Positions 33,375-47,360 of a DNA stretch of 64,000 bases are shown in pieces; the first letter of the stretch is position 1; every line of letters begins with the position of its first letter. The DNA comes from Tubiluchus corallicola (Eukaryota; Animalia; Priapulida). Under the pieces are notes generated by a model that was not told the DNA's origin, did no database searches, and was given only the letters and a program-made list of their open reading frames with translations. The position numbers were made by a program, and so were the translations under genes. Where the stretch lies: positions 73,229-137,228 of the forward strand of contig JAQGDQ010000575.1 of the NCBI GenBank assembly GCA_030141605.1, given 5' to 3'.

Positions 33375-36300
33375 TTATCCAAGAGTCCTGGTACCCAGAG
33401 GCGGGCAGTCCTTTGAGTCTAAAAATAAATAATGAGTCTAAAAATAAATAATTGCACAACAATGTTTGGCAAGTATGCTGTAAAAATATTCACAACATCA
33501 ACAACATTGGGCATTCAAGTCCAAAGTTTAGTTTACAATTACTGCCACAAGATCTGTTAAGTTTCAGTCAGTCCAAAATGTAAAATAACGTTTAAATCTT
33601 TGAAGCCGAATTCACGAAACTCATGGCAGTTCTGGTAATATAATTAAGCTGTAATTATAATGTAAAAATAAGTTTTGCAAAAAATAGATAGACTATATTA
33701 ATAGGCAAATATTAAAGGTAAAAAGCTTCAATCAGAAAGATTTTTGACGCTTTTTGGAACAAATGTTTTATAAAATTAAGAGGCACTGCGGCTGGTAAGC
33801 AAATGGATGAGCGACCACCAAATAGTATTCTTGTGTAGTTTGCTGAGGTCCTTCAGTTATTTTGCTAGGCGGAGATGTATCCAAATGCAGCAAACACAAT
33901 TTTGCCGGTTCAGTGTTTTGATTCAGAAGATTTTTCTTACCAAGTAACTGATTATAATAAACGCTTTATTTCACAAACATAAATACAAGTACGGTTAACA
34001 AATCACACACTTAAATAAACAACGCACAGAGGAACACGTTCCTACAAATACAGGGCTATTTTTAAGCATGTGTTTAAGCAAGTAATCGGGTTCTAATTCT
34101 GTCTACCCACTTAATAGGAAATGGTAACTGGCCTTAGACTACGGCCAAATCACGTTGAAAACACCGGTTCTCGCCTAATCACCGAAGTTAAGCAACGTAG
34201 CGCCTGGTTAGTACTTGGATGGGTGACCACCTAGGAATGTCAGGTGCTGTAGGCTTGCGGGATGCCCACACTGTATCTCGACACTAGGCGGAGGAGCTGC
34301 ACAAGCAGCCAATGGCTAGAGGGCGGAGGTGGTCAAGTGACCCAACGGCCATGTGTAGAGGAGTAAACCTTCCAAATCAGGAGAGGAGCCCCGAAGGCGG
34401 ACCAGTAGTGCAGCATGCTCACTGACTCCAGCAGCTCCTGTGGCCAACCTGGTTCCAAACGTATCGTTCCGCTTTCCTTTGAACTACACCAGGGAGGAAG
34501 AGAGGGGGTTCCGGTTGTCTGGGCAACTCAGGATCTCCATACACCTTGCCCAGGTATGCGCCCTGGAGGCGTTCAAGGAACGCACTGCTCAGCCACAGTC
34601 GACGCTGCAGCTCCATCAATGTGATCAATAACTGACTCTCTTGGCGCACACTTCCGAGACAGAAGGATGCCAACAACAAACAAGCCTTGTTTAGGGCAAT
34701 TTGTTTCAACAAAACCCTAGGGTCGGATGCAGAGACGAAGGGGAGAGCAGAAAGGAAAGTGAAAGGATTACATACCAATCATTGTTTGTATCTCATGTAC
34801 AATCTTGCTGAGGAAATCACACCTCTTTGTCATAGAGCCACCTTCTTTCACCTCAAATTCATCACCAATGTTGAGGTACATTCGTTCTTCTGTTGTAAAC
34901 TCTGGCCACCACGCTGTATCCATAGCGCCACCTTCATTAGGATTTCTGAGACAAAACAACGCTCAATTAGTAGACACATTTTGACTATACAGTGGGCGTT
35001 CATTATTATTATTCAATTGTTGATGCTTTTTGGTATTATTGTTGAAACTATTGTCTTCTGCTGCAGTAACTGTTGTTGCTGCTACTGTAGCTGTTGATGT
35101 TTCTGTTGCTGTCATTCGTGGTTGATGTCTCTGTTGTTGTCATTCGTGGTTGATGTCTATGTTGCTGTCACTCGTGGTTGATGTCTCTGTTGCTGTCATT
35201 CGTGGTTGATGTCTCTGTTGCTGTCACTCGTGGTTGATGTCTATGTTGCTGTCACTCGTGGTTGATGTCTATGTTGCTGTCATTCGTGGTTGATGTCTAT
35301 GTTGCTGTCATTCGTGGTTGATGTCTCTGTTGTTGTCATTCGTGGTTGATGTCTCTATTGTTGTCATTCGTGGTTGATGTCTCTGTTGTTGTCATTCTTG
35401 GTTGATGTCTCTGTTGCTGTCACTCGTGGTTGATGTCTCTGTTGTTGTCGATGTCGTTGTTAGCGACGTTATTGTTTTTTCTTACTGTCACTATGCTGTT
35501 GCTGCAGTTTCTCTTTTTGTTCTTGTTGCTGTTGCTGCTGCTGCTTTTGCTATCTTTGATTGCATTTTCATCCTTCAGTTATTTAAAGTTGATTAGAGAA
35601 TTTTAAACAGATCAACTTGCTAAGTAAAATAGTAACAATGTAATTTCACTACTATTCATGAGTGAAATAGCTACAGTGTCATCCCAATGATCACATACAT
35701 CCATTGAAGGATGGCTTGACTAGTTGACCTTCTTGGTCTTTCGCCATCCTATTTCGATTCTGATAATTAAATACATTTACTTGCCTCAGTTATATCATGA
35801 ATATGGAAATAAATGCACGTCTTGAATTGAATTGAATTTACTATCCGACGTCCTTTAACTAATGAATACAGATTTCCTTTTTAATACACTGATGTATTAT
35901 GGTACTTTCACACGGTATAGTCTGTACTGTTACTCAAAAAAGTTTTTTGTTCTCCAAACTCACCCATTTTTTGCAAAATTATGGAAGTACGTCATCAAGG
36001 ATTTGCTGATAGTTCTTTCATAATCGGTAAAGTTAGCTGTGGTGATAAGAGGCGATCCTAACATAAAGTCCAAATCGTCTCCATGTGCTACTCCAAACCA
36101 CTCTGGCCAGTGTGTACCAACTGGCGGATGGTCAAACGTGTACCAGTAAACATGACCACCTCTGTCAGACCAGCGTTCAGCAAACTCCAAAGAAGGGCAG
36201 ATAAAGTAATAGTCACTGTAAAAGTTTGAAAGTGCCTTGATACACTGTTCATCGCCATAGGGATATTCGATATATGTATGAGCTACAATTTTCTGTACTA

Positions 36301-37462
36301 TTTCATCTTTATAAAACTCACTGATGGCAGTGACGTATTCGGTGTCGCTGCAGTTGGGATCGTGGTTTGTTGGTAGCAGCTTCAGCCCAGTTGTTAAATG
36401 AAACACAGAACCCTCATCTTTTGTTAAGGAAATAATAACAGGAATTTCAACATTTGCTTCGTCAATGGCGCTCTCTGGTGGCAATATCAGGAACTCACCA
36501 TCAAGAGTTGGGACCATTCCTCTGCCATGCATGCCACCAGGCTTTGGCACTGTGTACTGCAAAATGTTTATTGCCGAGGCATTGGCTTCTCTCATACAAG
36601 ACATGTCAACAATGTGGTCTTCCACACATCCCAGTGAGTCGGCAATGCTTGTAGAAACCGCAAGGGCGTCCTCGGGTTTTTCATAACACCAGTTGTCCTT
36701 CCATTCATTTGGGGCTCCGCTTTGCATGATAGCTGAAGAAAATAACCCTTTACTAAGGGAAGAGATGAGATGGTAACCCACACTTGCTCCTCCAGCACTG
36801 AATCCCTCAATAGCAATCCTGTTTTTATCCCCACCAAAAGCTTCAATATTATCGTGCACCCACTGAAGTGCCATAACCTGGTCAAACAAGCCTTGATTTC
36901 CTGGTGATTCCGTGTTGTTTAGAAACATGAAACCAAATGGACCAAGTCTATAGTTGATGGTGACTATGATTGTGTTTGCAAAGGACGGATTAATGGTTCC
37001 ATCTATCAACTTCATACTCGCTGCTCCAGCCACGAAGCCACCACCATGAATAAGGACAACCGTTGGTAGACCTTTAGCATCTTGTGGAGCAAACACGTTC
37101 AAGTAGAGACAGTCTTCACTTACTTTAGTAGTGAGATCATATTTATCTGTTGTCTTTAGCTCCTCTCCCCAGTTCTCATACAAATCCTGAAACTGGAAAC
37201 AAGAATTGTGTGGCGTTGTCGCCTGTTTTCTTCCTTTCCATGGCTTTACAGGCAATGGTCTGGCAAATCTGAAGTTACCAACTGGAGGCTCTGCAAAAGG
37301 AATTCCTAGGAACGTACGAATTCTTTTATCAAGCACTTCTTGCACAAAGCCTTGTACTCGACCTGTGGTTGTCTTGACAACTGGTCTTTTTTCCAATTCA
37401 CTTGCTGAGGCTAAGGAAAGAAAGCAGCTGACGAGGCAAACTTGTAGAACGAACCTTTGCAT
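33375..37462 (-). CDS. Cholinesterase-like carboxylesterase, copy 4 (predicted 570 aa, no hydrophobic tail)
   Basis: Exons 37462-35964, 34945-34776 and 33418-33375 (DSKDCPPLGTRTLG*). Motifs GFSAG, DEG, GVAHGDD. Confidence 0.88.
34137..34683 (+). mobile_element. 5S rRNA-derived SINE (SINE3), duplicate of 26254-26800
   Basis: 5S-like head at 34137-34256; same body, tail and flanks. Confidence 0.88.
35094..35450. repeat. 28-bp minisatellite, about 12 copies
   Basis: GTTGATGTCTCTGTTGCTGTCATTCGTG repeated; expanded relative to the copy 3 intron. Confidence 0.9.
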
Positions 37463-37516
37463 GGTGGAGATTCTGCTAAAGCAAAGAAAAACACGTTATT
37501 TTTTTATACATTACAT

Positions 37517-38040
37517 ATCTACGGCCATATCACGTTGAAAACACCGGTTCTCTTCTGATCACCGAAGTTAAGCAACGTAGCGGCAGGTTAGTACTTGGAT
37601 GGGTGACCGCCTAGGAATACCAGGTGCTGTAGACTTGCGGGATACCCACACTGTATCTCGACACTAGGTGGAGGAGCTGCACAAGCAGCCAACGGCTAGA
37701 GGGTGGAGGAGATCAAGTGACCCAACGGCCATGTGTAGAGGAGTAAACCTTCCAAATTAGGAGTGGAGCCCCGAAGGCAGACAAGTGCAGCATGCTCACT
37801 GACTCCGGCAGCTCCTGCAGCCGATCTGGTGCCAAACATATCGCTCCGCTTTCCTTTGGACTACACCAGGGAGGAAGAGAGGAGGTTCCTGTTGTCTGGG
37901 CAACTCAGGATACACCTTGCCCAGGCAGTGCGCCCTGGAGAGGCCACTCCAGTGGTTCAAGGAGCTCCATCAATGTGATCAATAACTAACTCTCTTGGCG
38001 CACACTCCATTGACTTCCGAGACAGAAGGATGACAACAAG
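37517..38040 (+). mobile_element. 5S rRNA-derived SINE (SINE3) with 11-bp TSD
   Basis: 5S-like head at 37517-37636, body homologous to the other two copies, flanked by TATACATTACA at 37505-37515 and 38041-38051. Confidence 0.92.
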
Positions 38041-38538
38041 TATACATTACACGTTCAGTCCTCATAAATGAGGTTTTCAGTACGAAGAATTAAAAAATTA
38101 AAAATATTCAATATAAAAAATAAAGTATCCTAATTAATATTACATAAAAGAACGGTTGTAAAGCTTGATTAGAGTTGAAAACAAAATTAGATACATTGTA
38201 ACTAACCACTATTTATAAGTAATTCAATGAGTTTCTTTTTAAATATTTCAAATTTTATAATTTTACTTAATTCAATTTTGATTGCATGTTGATAGTAATG
38301 CTGGCTTGTACTAACTATAAACCGTCTTGTACCAGTATTAGATTTTACAGTTGGAATAAAAAGCAAATTTGACTGTTTAGTGGTACGACAGATCATATTA
38401 CAGTTGAAATTTAGCTGATTATAGATGTACGATATACTTGATAGATTATATCCTCGATATACGATATAGATTATAGATATACTTGATAGATTGTCTGATT
38501 TACGTATTTGTTTCATGATCTTCCCTTTTTTACTATTC

Positions 38539-38762
38539 ATAGTGCAACTAGACATTGTTGCAACTAGAGATAGTGCAACTAGATATTGTTGCAACTAGAG
38601 ATAATGCAACTAGATATTGTTGCAACTAGAGATAGTGTAACTAGATATTGTTGCAACTAGAGATAATGCAACTAGATATTGTTGCAACTAGAGATAGTGC
38701 AACTAGATATCGTTGCAACTGGAGATAGTGCAACTAGATATTGCTGCAACTAGAGATAGTAC
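38539..38762. repeat. 31-bp minisatellite, about 7 copies (paralogue of 31172-31702)
   Basis: Same unit. Confidence 0.93.
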
Positions 38763-40226
38763 GCAAGTGCTATATACTGTAACAAATTCAAAACAAAAAG
38801 AACCAGAAAAAATGAAGGTGCTGTAAAGATAGCTATCTTAAGCAGCCAATATGAAACTAAACTGTACCATATTCCTTAGTTAAGATATCACAGAAAAACG
38901 TACTTTGTTTAACACTTACCCCGATGGTTCAATTTGTTTCCATCCAATGCACAAGCTTGCCACAGTCTGATGATCCTAAACCTAAGTCTGTAAGTGCCTG
39001 GCCAGCAGCTGAATACTGGTGGGATCAAGGTTAAAGCGTTTTTAAGTAGGTTTATAAATAAACTGTTGCTTCTTACCGAGTGGTTTCTGGATTCAGTTGG
39101 TTTTACTTGCAAACTCCCCTCATAATGACAGAATGGGGGCATTTGAGCCCACACTGTGAAGCTGCGAATGGCAAAGAAGTTGTAAGTGTGTGATGACCTA
39201 GCAAGTGTTCCATTGTTGCGATGGGACAACATTGTTCTTATTATTGTTGTTGTGAATAGGAGACTGTTTGAGAGAATGCTTGTTTGTGTAATGTGAAGAG
39301 ATTGGGCGAAATTACAAGAGTAAAAGTTGTCTATTTCGTCATTGGGGGAAAGTCTAAAATTTAGCATATTGATAGCATGTCGGGGGGAGAAATTCTAACT
39401 GCCATTTTTATTTCTTACACGTCTCTAGATTATGATAGCCCTTGCCACATGGCAGCTTAGTACTGGTATGGGCCTATTTGGTTGCTTATGTAATGAGCAG
39501 ATTAAACAATTACTTGTGATGTATTAGAAACACTAAAAAAAACTGGTTTCTACAAAGTCATTATTAATTACATATATTTGCATAGCGCTTATATTGAAGC
39601 AGGCTGCTTAACTGCTTGTTGTGTAATATCTTGCACATACTTGTTATGTGGCACTTATATAAAAGCTGTGCTCAGTAACTGCCTGTGGTGTGTTATAAAA
39701 AGCGCCCTTTACATGAATATGAAAATATACACATTTTATGAGGAGAATAAGAATTTTTTCTAAAATGTGACTCCCTGTAACTTTGGTGCCCTAGGCTATA
39801 GCCCAGTTAGCCTGTTGGTTAATACGCCCGTGGGTATCAGATAATCAGGACTGAACTGCGTCATGATCTTCATCGTCATGCTTATGTGGTTATGCATTAA
39901 AGGAAGACAGGATGATTTTTTATAACCTGTTCTATATTAAAGAAAGGTAAAAAAATATGCTTTCTACCACCAATAATAATACAAAATGGTTTCTGATAAG
40001 TAATAGCTTAAAAACTTAACTATCGGATAGCAAACGCAGTAAGTGATGACGTAAAAACTGAACGTGGTTTTAACAGCCGAAATAGTCCACAAGAGTATTG
40101 AGCGAATGTGAAAATTGAAATGCAATGCTACTGCCACAAAAATGACTGTGATATACCCAAAAACTGGGCAAATTTATGCTCAAAAATCAAAATTCCAAGT
40201 TTACCGTTTACCAGAATTTACGAGCA

Positions 40227-40515
40227 AGTGGTTTGTTCTAGTGTTAACGAATCCGCCTTCCGTCTGGGAGGTCGTCAGTTCGATACAGCAGCTGGGTCAT
40301 ACCAAAGACTTTAAAAATGGTACTAGCTGCTGCCCTACCTGGCGCGTGGTATTTAGGGTAAAGTGGGGTAATAATAATCTCTGTTATGTAGTTGTAGTTT
40401 GCTATTTACAGTCGGCGATAATAGCTCTTTGAGCTAATGTTAATTGTTTATCCAAAATCCGACTTTAAATAAAGATTATGATTATTATTTGATGATAATA
40501 ATTATTATTATCACC
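40227..40515 (+). mobile_element. tRNA-derived SINE with (ATT)n-like tail
   Basis: B-box-like GTTCGAT followed by GGGTCATACCAAAGACTTTAAAAATGGTAC (resembles the MetaSINE central domain, from recall only); a second copy lies at 53638-54027 on the minus strand. Confidence 0.75.
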
Positions 40516-40562
40516 AGAAACGAACTGAGAGGTACCTGCTTTTTGCGGTAGACATTTCGAAA

Positions 40563-40745
40563 ATGCAGGCGCTGTGTCCATCTAACTAGCGAATGCAGGC
40601 GTTGTCTCCATCTAACTAGCGAATGCAGGCGTTGTGTCCACGTAACTAGCGAATGCAGGCGTTGTGTCCATCTAACTAGCGAATGCAGGCGTTGTGTCCA
40701 TCTAACTAGCGAATGCAGGCGCAGTGTCCATCGAACTAGCGAATG
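40563..40745. repeat. 30-bp minisatellite (GAATGCAGGCGTTGTGTCCATCTAACTAGC), about 6 copies
   Basis: Seen directly; the related MITE has a single unit at about 20555-20590. Confidence 0.95.
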
Positions 40746-41592
40746 GCAAAATCTAATAATTCTTTAAACATGTATTTATTTTGTTCAGAAAAAAGATTTA
40801 CAATATTACATGTCATATTTGTAAGAGAAGTAAAATGAAATAGTCCATTAGGACAGAAGGATTTGCCTGTTTTAAGAAAACATTTTTTTACGTAAGTTAC
40901 TCTTAAAAAATAACTATGTTCTCTTTCAATATTTTATGCGTTTGATTATTATATCTATAATTTATAAATTTTGTCCTGTTTTTCTTTAAACTGGGAATCA
41001 AAATTTCCCTGATTCAAGCTCATGTTTAAGGCCTCTCGGTTTTTCATATTTCTAACGTTCAACTAACTTTTTTTTTCAAAAAAGGCCTCTCATACTTTTG
41101 GAGTGACGTCTGAAAAATGATAAATAAATAATTATAAAAAACGGATAAATTAACCAGCCATATACACAGGTTACATCTAAATCTTATATTTCATGAGAGA
41201 TAACGTAGCTCTCAATTTATTGTGGGTTGTGAAACCCAGCTTGAGTTTATTGTTTTCATGAAATAAATCCAACTTTAAATAAAATTTCTATTTATCTATC
41301 TATGTAACATATTCACAAATTAATTCGGACATCTTAAATATTTCATTTTCAATTCGTCACTATGGCCTAAGCCCTAAATAATGCTTCATAAATAAACTCA
41401 GTATGTAAAACATGACAATGAACAATACAAGTTCCGCCACGCACAGCCTGGCAATCACACATGTGAAAACAGTTCTTTCTAATTCGATAGGACTTCTAAG
41501 ATTAATACTCATAAAGAATCTGTGTTGAACCAATTTAGTGAAATTAGTCGACACGTTTTTGGATCTTTCGTGGTTAAGACTTTCTTGCAGCT

Positions 41593-44088
41593 TTACCCTA
41601 ATGTCATTGTATCCTGGGAAGGACAATCCTTCGCATCTAGAAAATAAAAAATAACTACTTTTACCTTAAACATACCAATTCTATAAAGCCTCTATTGCAT
41701 CACATTTGACTTTTCAGACAGCGACGAAGCGAGGGATCGTCTTTATACACAAATTCATCGAGAGCAGGGCTGTGCGATATACAATATACAACATTCCATA
41801 TATGAGTTTCATTCATTACATCAGGAATTTTAAGCACTAACGTTTTTTTTATCACGATTCACTTTAAATTTTCAGATTATCTTCATTACTTTTTTCTCCA
41901 TCACTGTGTGGGACAATCTAACAAGCCCTGCTTTTTGAAGGCCCACAACACATTTACCTTCGTGTATAAGTGAATAGTGCTTGAGGCTTTTTCTGTGCAG
42001 TATTTTTTATTTGTATTATATCCATTGTAGGCCCTTTCACTAGATATTGAGAAACAAATTCATAAGAAAAACAAATGAGAGGAAAAAGGGCAAGACAAGC
42101 TACGATACAGAAACTTCAAGAGAAAACATGGAACATGTCCACCACTAATTATACCAGACTTAATTAATTTTAACTACTTACCAATCATAGATTGTATCTC
42201 GGGTACAACTTTACTGAGAAAATCGCATTCCTTTGTTCTGGTACCACCTTCTTTCACTTGAATCTCATCACCAATGTTTAGGTATCTTCGTTCTGCTGCT
42301 GTGAATTCTGGCCACCACACGATATCAATGGCACCACCTTCATTAGGGTGTCTAGTAATAGAAAATGCCTTCAAAAGCTTGTGAAACTGCAGCATAAGTG
42401 TATTTCAGCTAATTTTCTAAATAAATATGAAATCATGAGAAAATTAGCCTCCAATAGGACTTATAGAAGTAGGCACCAATATAGCAATGAAGTTAAACTA
42501 CGAGCAATTTCAAATATTTCGCTATACTCAAAGGTTCGTTGATCGTTTTCTGTGCCATTCAAAAACTTTGCTTTTCAACTTACCCTGTCTTTGCAAAATT
42601 GTGAAAGTATGTCATCAATGATTTGGTGATATTTACTTCGTGTTCCGTAAATTCTAGCTCTTTTTTCAGAGGCAATCCAATTATAAACTCCCCATCTTCA
42701 CCATGTGCAACACCACACCACTCTGGCCACGGAGTGTCAGATGGTCTGTGGTCGAACGTGTACCAGTAAACACGACCGCCCCTTTCTGACCAGCGGACTG
42801 CAAACTGCATTGATGGACAGAGAAAGTGATAGTCACCAAACTGGTCAGAAAGTGCTCTGATGCATTCTACATCACCATAAGGATACTCAATATATGAGTG
42901 AGCAACAATTTTCTTGACAATTTCATCGTAATGTTTGTACGACATGCTCGTGGCTGTTGCATACGCGGTCTCACTACAGTTTGGCGTATGAAGATCTGGT
43001 AACAGATTTAATGCATTATATAACACAAACATAGAACCTTCGTCTTTTGTTACCGAGATTATTACAGGAATATCGACATTTGCATCGTCAATGGCGCTCT
43101 CTGGTGCGGTTAATAGAAAACTGCCATCAAGAGTTGGCATCATTCCTCTGACTTCTAAGCCCCCAGGTTTCGGCACTGCATACTGCAATCCATTCAAAGC
43201 TGAGGCATTGGCTTCTCTCATACAAGACATGTCAACAATATTATCTTCCACACATCCCAATGCATGAGCAATGTTTGTAGAAACGATGAAGGCGTCTTCG
43301 GGTTTTTCATAACACCAGTTGTTCTTCCATTCGTTTGGGGCTCCGCTTTGCATGATAGCTGAAGAAAATAACCCTTTACTAAGGGGAGAGATGAGATGGT
43401 AACCCACACTTGCTCCTCCAGCACTGATTCCTTCAATAGCGATCCTATTTTTATCCCCACCAAAAGCTTCAATATTATCGTGCACCCACTGAAGTGCCAT
43501 AACCTGGTCCAACAAGCCTTGATTTCCTGGTGATTCCGTGTTGTTTAGAAACATGAAACCAAATGGACCAAGTCTATAGTTGATGGAGACTATAATCGTG
43601 CTGGAAAAGGCAGGAGCGATTGTTCCATCCATAAGTTTCATATTTGCTGCACCAGCAGTGAATCCACCACCATGGATCGCGACAACTGTTGGCAGTCCTT
43701 TAGCATTTTCTGGAGTAAACACGTTCAAGTACAGACAGTCTTCACTTACTGTAGTAGCGAGATCGTATTTATCTGTAACTTTCAGTTTTTCTCCTACCAA
43801 CTCATACATGTTTTGAAACTGATAGCAAGAATTATGAGGCGTTGTCACCTGTTTTCTACCCTTCCATCTCTTAATTTGTACTGGCTTGGCAAAACGCAAA
43901 TCACCAAGTGGAGGTTCTGCATAGGGAATACCTAAAAATGTCCGAATTCGTTTACCTAGCGTCTCCTGCACAAAACCTTGTACTCGTCCCGATGTTGTCT
44001 TGACCACTGGTCTTTTCTTTGCTTCCCTTGCTGACAAAGAAGTACCGATGCAAGCCAAGAAGCACAATAGAAGCCAATTGTGATGCAT
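41593..44088 (-). CDS. Cholinesterase-like carboxylesterase, copy 5 (predicted 572 aa, no hydrophobic tail)
   Basis: Exons 44088-42584, 42351-42182 and 41636-41593 (DAKDCPSQDTMTLG*). Motifs GISAG, DEG, GVAHGED; acceptor just upstream of the ATG at 44101/44100. Confidence 0.88.
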
Positions 44089-46149
44089 GATGGCTTTTAC
44101 TGAAAAGAAAGAAAGAGGAGATGCGAGTAATGCAAATTCAAATCAAACTCAATGTGCAATTACGATATTGCAATAGTCAGACATGTTTTCATTCATATAA
44201 GTGCATCATACATAATGGTTGGTATTCTGCAGATAAAATACTTAAAACAAAGGGAAGGGCCGACGGAGAACATTCGCCACACCATATATCGAAATTATCT
44301 CAGGGTACAGAACAGGTAAGAGTCACATTTATGATTGCTTTGAATCTGACAGTGTAATCAACACGGTGAATCATAAAATTTCAAAAGAAATTTGTTTTTT
44401 GCGCACTGTTTGCTAGAGCGGACAAAATGGCATATACAGGTCTTTCCAAGTTCAAATTAATAATGCTTTATCCTATCCAACAATTATATGCCCCAGGGGA
44501 GTATCTTGGACCTCTTACTTTTTGTCCTACACAGCTACAGTTGATGAATATACATCGTTATGCGGATGAATATGCCCTTGCAAATAGTTTTAAGCTAGGT
44601 AACTCAGAACATCGTACACTAAACACATTAAAACATACTGCCTCCATAATCACATAATGGAAGGAATGAGACAAAGACTGATTATGTTATTTTTGACGAA
44701 TGTTTATTGTCATCTTTGAATGCTGGTGCTAACAGTGTGCAAACTATAGTAACTCAGTTACATATTTGCGTGCAGTTCTAGACAATAATTTTAAATTTTA
44801 ATGCACATGTTCACTTTAGACGTAAAAAGGTAGTAGGGCACTTTTCACGTTTTGCTACGTAAAAAGTGACCCGTTAGCCTAGGAAGTGCTAGAATTTAAT
44901 CTTTTTCTAGGATCGGGTTTTCTAACTAAGGTTATTGACATTCACAATTATAATCTGTTAGCTAGTAAGAGATTTAATTAATAAATCCTTAGCTTCTATG
45001 ATATGGGCGATATAAGTTGATCAGAAATAATTTGTGAGTACTTTGATAATTAGAACTAATTAAAGTCTCACTGATTCCTATATAGAATTGAGCTAGACAA
45101 TGTACACCACTTTTGAAAAATTTATCGACAAAGCCCTTTATAAATAAAAATATTATCATCTTGCTTATGAATCTGCAATGAACTAGCTGAGTCAGCTGGT
45201 GGTGCTCCCTTGGTTTGTGCTCAGAATACGAAACTGTTTAAAAGACGTTTAAAAATGTAAATGTTAATGATCGTTTATCGTTTAAGAGGTACTTGTAAGT
45301 AACCTTGGCTCTCTGTGCTTTTATCCGTACTATTTTAACAAGCCCATTTGTTCATAAAATTTAATTTGGTGCTGTATATACATTTTACCCTGCCTTCATA
45401 TTTTATACTTTCCTATAAATATGTTTTATTTTTTAATAAAGATGCGTATTAAATAAACGAAAGTAAAATGAATTATTCCGCTTTTATAATTTCTTTATAT
45501 TTTTGTCCACATTCTCTTCTGCTAGTTTAGTGTGGTAAGAAACAGAGATAAAATCTCGCAAGTGTGATTCCGATATGCCAACAGCAACGGAAAACAAAAA
45601 CTGTTGGGTGGATGTGACACTAGATCTGTCGTAGATGACGCCTGCATAAATAGAATGTTTCGTAATTGTCAGCAACTGTTGTGAAACTCAAAGCTTCTGT
45701 GTTGTCATAATTGCTTCGGTGCTAATGAGTTAATGAGTACATTGCTGTTTCATGGTTTTGCATGGTAATCTGTAATATGAAATTTGATGCAATTACTAAG
45801 TTTATTGTTTGTGTATGTTGTAAATAAATAGCAGTTTGTGTGAATAAGCTAATACACAAGTAATTGTAATTTGAAGTTCAAACTTCAAAGAATTAGCTGG
45901 CAATTACTAGTAGGTAACGTTCTGTTAAATGCAGGAAACACTTATCTTTTCTTACCTGTGTGCCACATCCGCCCAAAATAATTTCATGGTTTCATGAATT
46001 TTCTCAATTATGATGCAATTATGAAAAACTATAAACATCGAAATCATTTGGCGTAGTTTCTCGCAAACTCATTGTCTCGAAATTCACCTGTCCTACTGAT
46101 TGTGTTTATGTGAATTTAGCCTTAACGAAAAGCATTTCCCTGGGCTGAT

Positions 46150-46540
46150 ATCAATGAGCATTCTCTGCAAGAAAGCGAATTGAATTTGTGACCTTCGAAT
46201 TCGAACAAACCGAATTTCAGCACTTTCAAAATTCGAATCGAATTCGAATTCAGTTTTATTTAAAGCGAATTCAATTTTATTTATTCAATTTTATTTATTT
46301 ATCTATTTATTTTCGAATTACTCGTAAAAAACGGTTTCACAAAGATCATACATGTTAGTTAATTTTGTACTGCTGTAAAAGCAATAATAATTTGTTTAAA
46401 TATTGTGCACAGAAATCGTGGGCTCGCAGCTAAATTGTGCTGACTGCATGAGGTTTCAATGAAGAACGTATAAGTGTTGAATTATTCGAATCTGTAGTTT
46501 TAATTTTGAATCGAATTCGAATGTTCGATGTTCACCCCTA
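46150..46540 (+). mobile_element. hAT-like MITE (TCGAA-rich), degenerate 5' end
   Basis: Homologous to 46577-46965; ends GTTCACCCCTA. Confidence 0.7.
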
Positions 46541-46576
46541 ATGTCAGTAGGCGCAGTTTCGTGGTTAGTCCGTGTC

Positions 46577-46965
46577 TAGGGGCGAGCATTCTCTTCCAGA
46601 AAGCGAATTCGAATCAAATCGAATTTGTGACTTTCGAATTCAAAGCGAACCGAATTTCAGTATTTCGAATCCGAACGAATTTAAATTGAGTATGAAGTAT
46701 TTCAGAATAAGTTTTCGAACCAGTAGTAAAAAATGGTCTTACAAAGATTATGCAAATTACTTGGTTTTGTTCTGCAGTAAATTCACTATTAGTTTGTCAA
46801 AAATTTTGCTCAATGCTGCAGCTAAATTGTGCTAATTGCATGCTGTTTCAAACATTTCAATGATTCAGAACGTACGTGATTGAAGTGCTGAATTATTCGA
46901 ATCTATAATTTTAGGTTCGAATCGAATTCGAACGTTCGAGCTCGAACCTTCGATGCTCACCTCTA
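46577..46965 (+). mobile_element. hAT-like MITE with TIRs
   Basis: TAGGGGCGAGCAT ... ATGCTCACCTCTA termini, subterminal TCGAA repeats, imperfect 8-bp TSD (TCCGTGTC / CTCGTGTC). Confidence 0.8.
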
Positions 46966-47149
46966 CTCGTGTCCTGCTACAATCATTTTCACTCTTCCCT
47001 CTCACCAACATAATGAACTGCTCGGAAACCTGGCAATCACTAAACTTTGAGCAATATGCAAATTTGACCAAACGAAGCATACTTATGTCTTAGATGACTA
47101 AACGAATGCGTATAGTAGCACATAGGTGCTACTCATCTATAGTATCTTG

Positions 47150-47360
47150 GCGCACATAGGTTGTCAAAGCGTGTTTAACAGTCGAAGCTGAGCAACGCCT
47201 AGTCAGTGAATGGATCTGTGACCTCCTGATTTCATACACGCTCTCGGCAGTTTCATTCCCCACACCGATTCTGGCTGCTTACTTCGCTCGAGGGAGGATG
47301 CATTCACATCCACTGTGGCCTCTTTCGGGGTACCATGCCTCATCTCAGAGGCATTTCTTT
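47150..47360 (+). mobile_element. Degenerate 5S-related SINE fragment
   Basis: CGAAGCTGAGCAACGCC-TAGTCAGTGAATGGATCTGTGACC resembles the 5S A-IE-C boxes. Confidence 0.35.

Larger units (their letters stand above)
32209..39253. repeat. Tandem segmental duplication unit B2 (carries esterase copy 4)
   Basis: Colinear with 23922-32192. Confidence 0.9.
39897..40930. mobile_element. Kolobok-like MITE, copy 2, carrying a SINE insertion and an internal repeat expansion
   Basis: Starts TTAAAGGAAGACAGG; homologous to 20145-20700. Confidence 0.45.
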
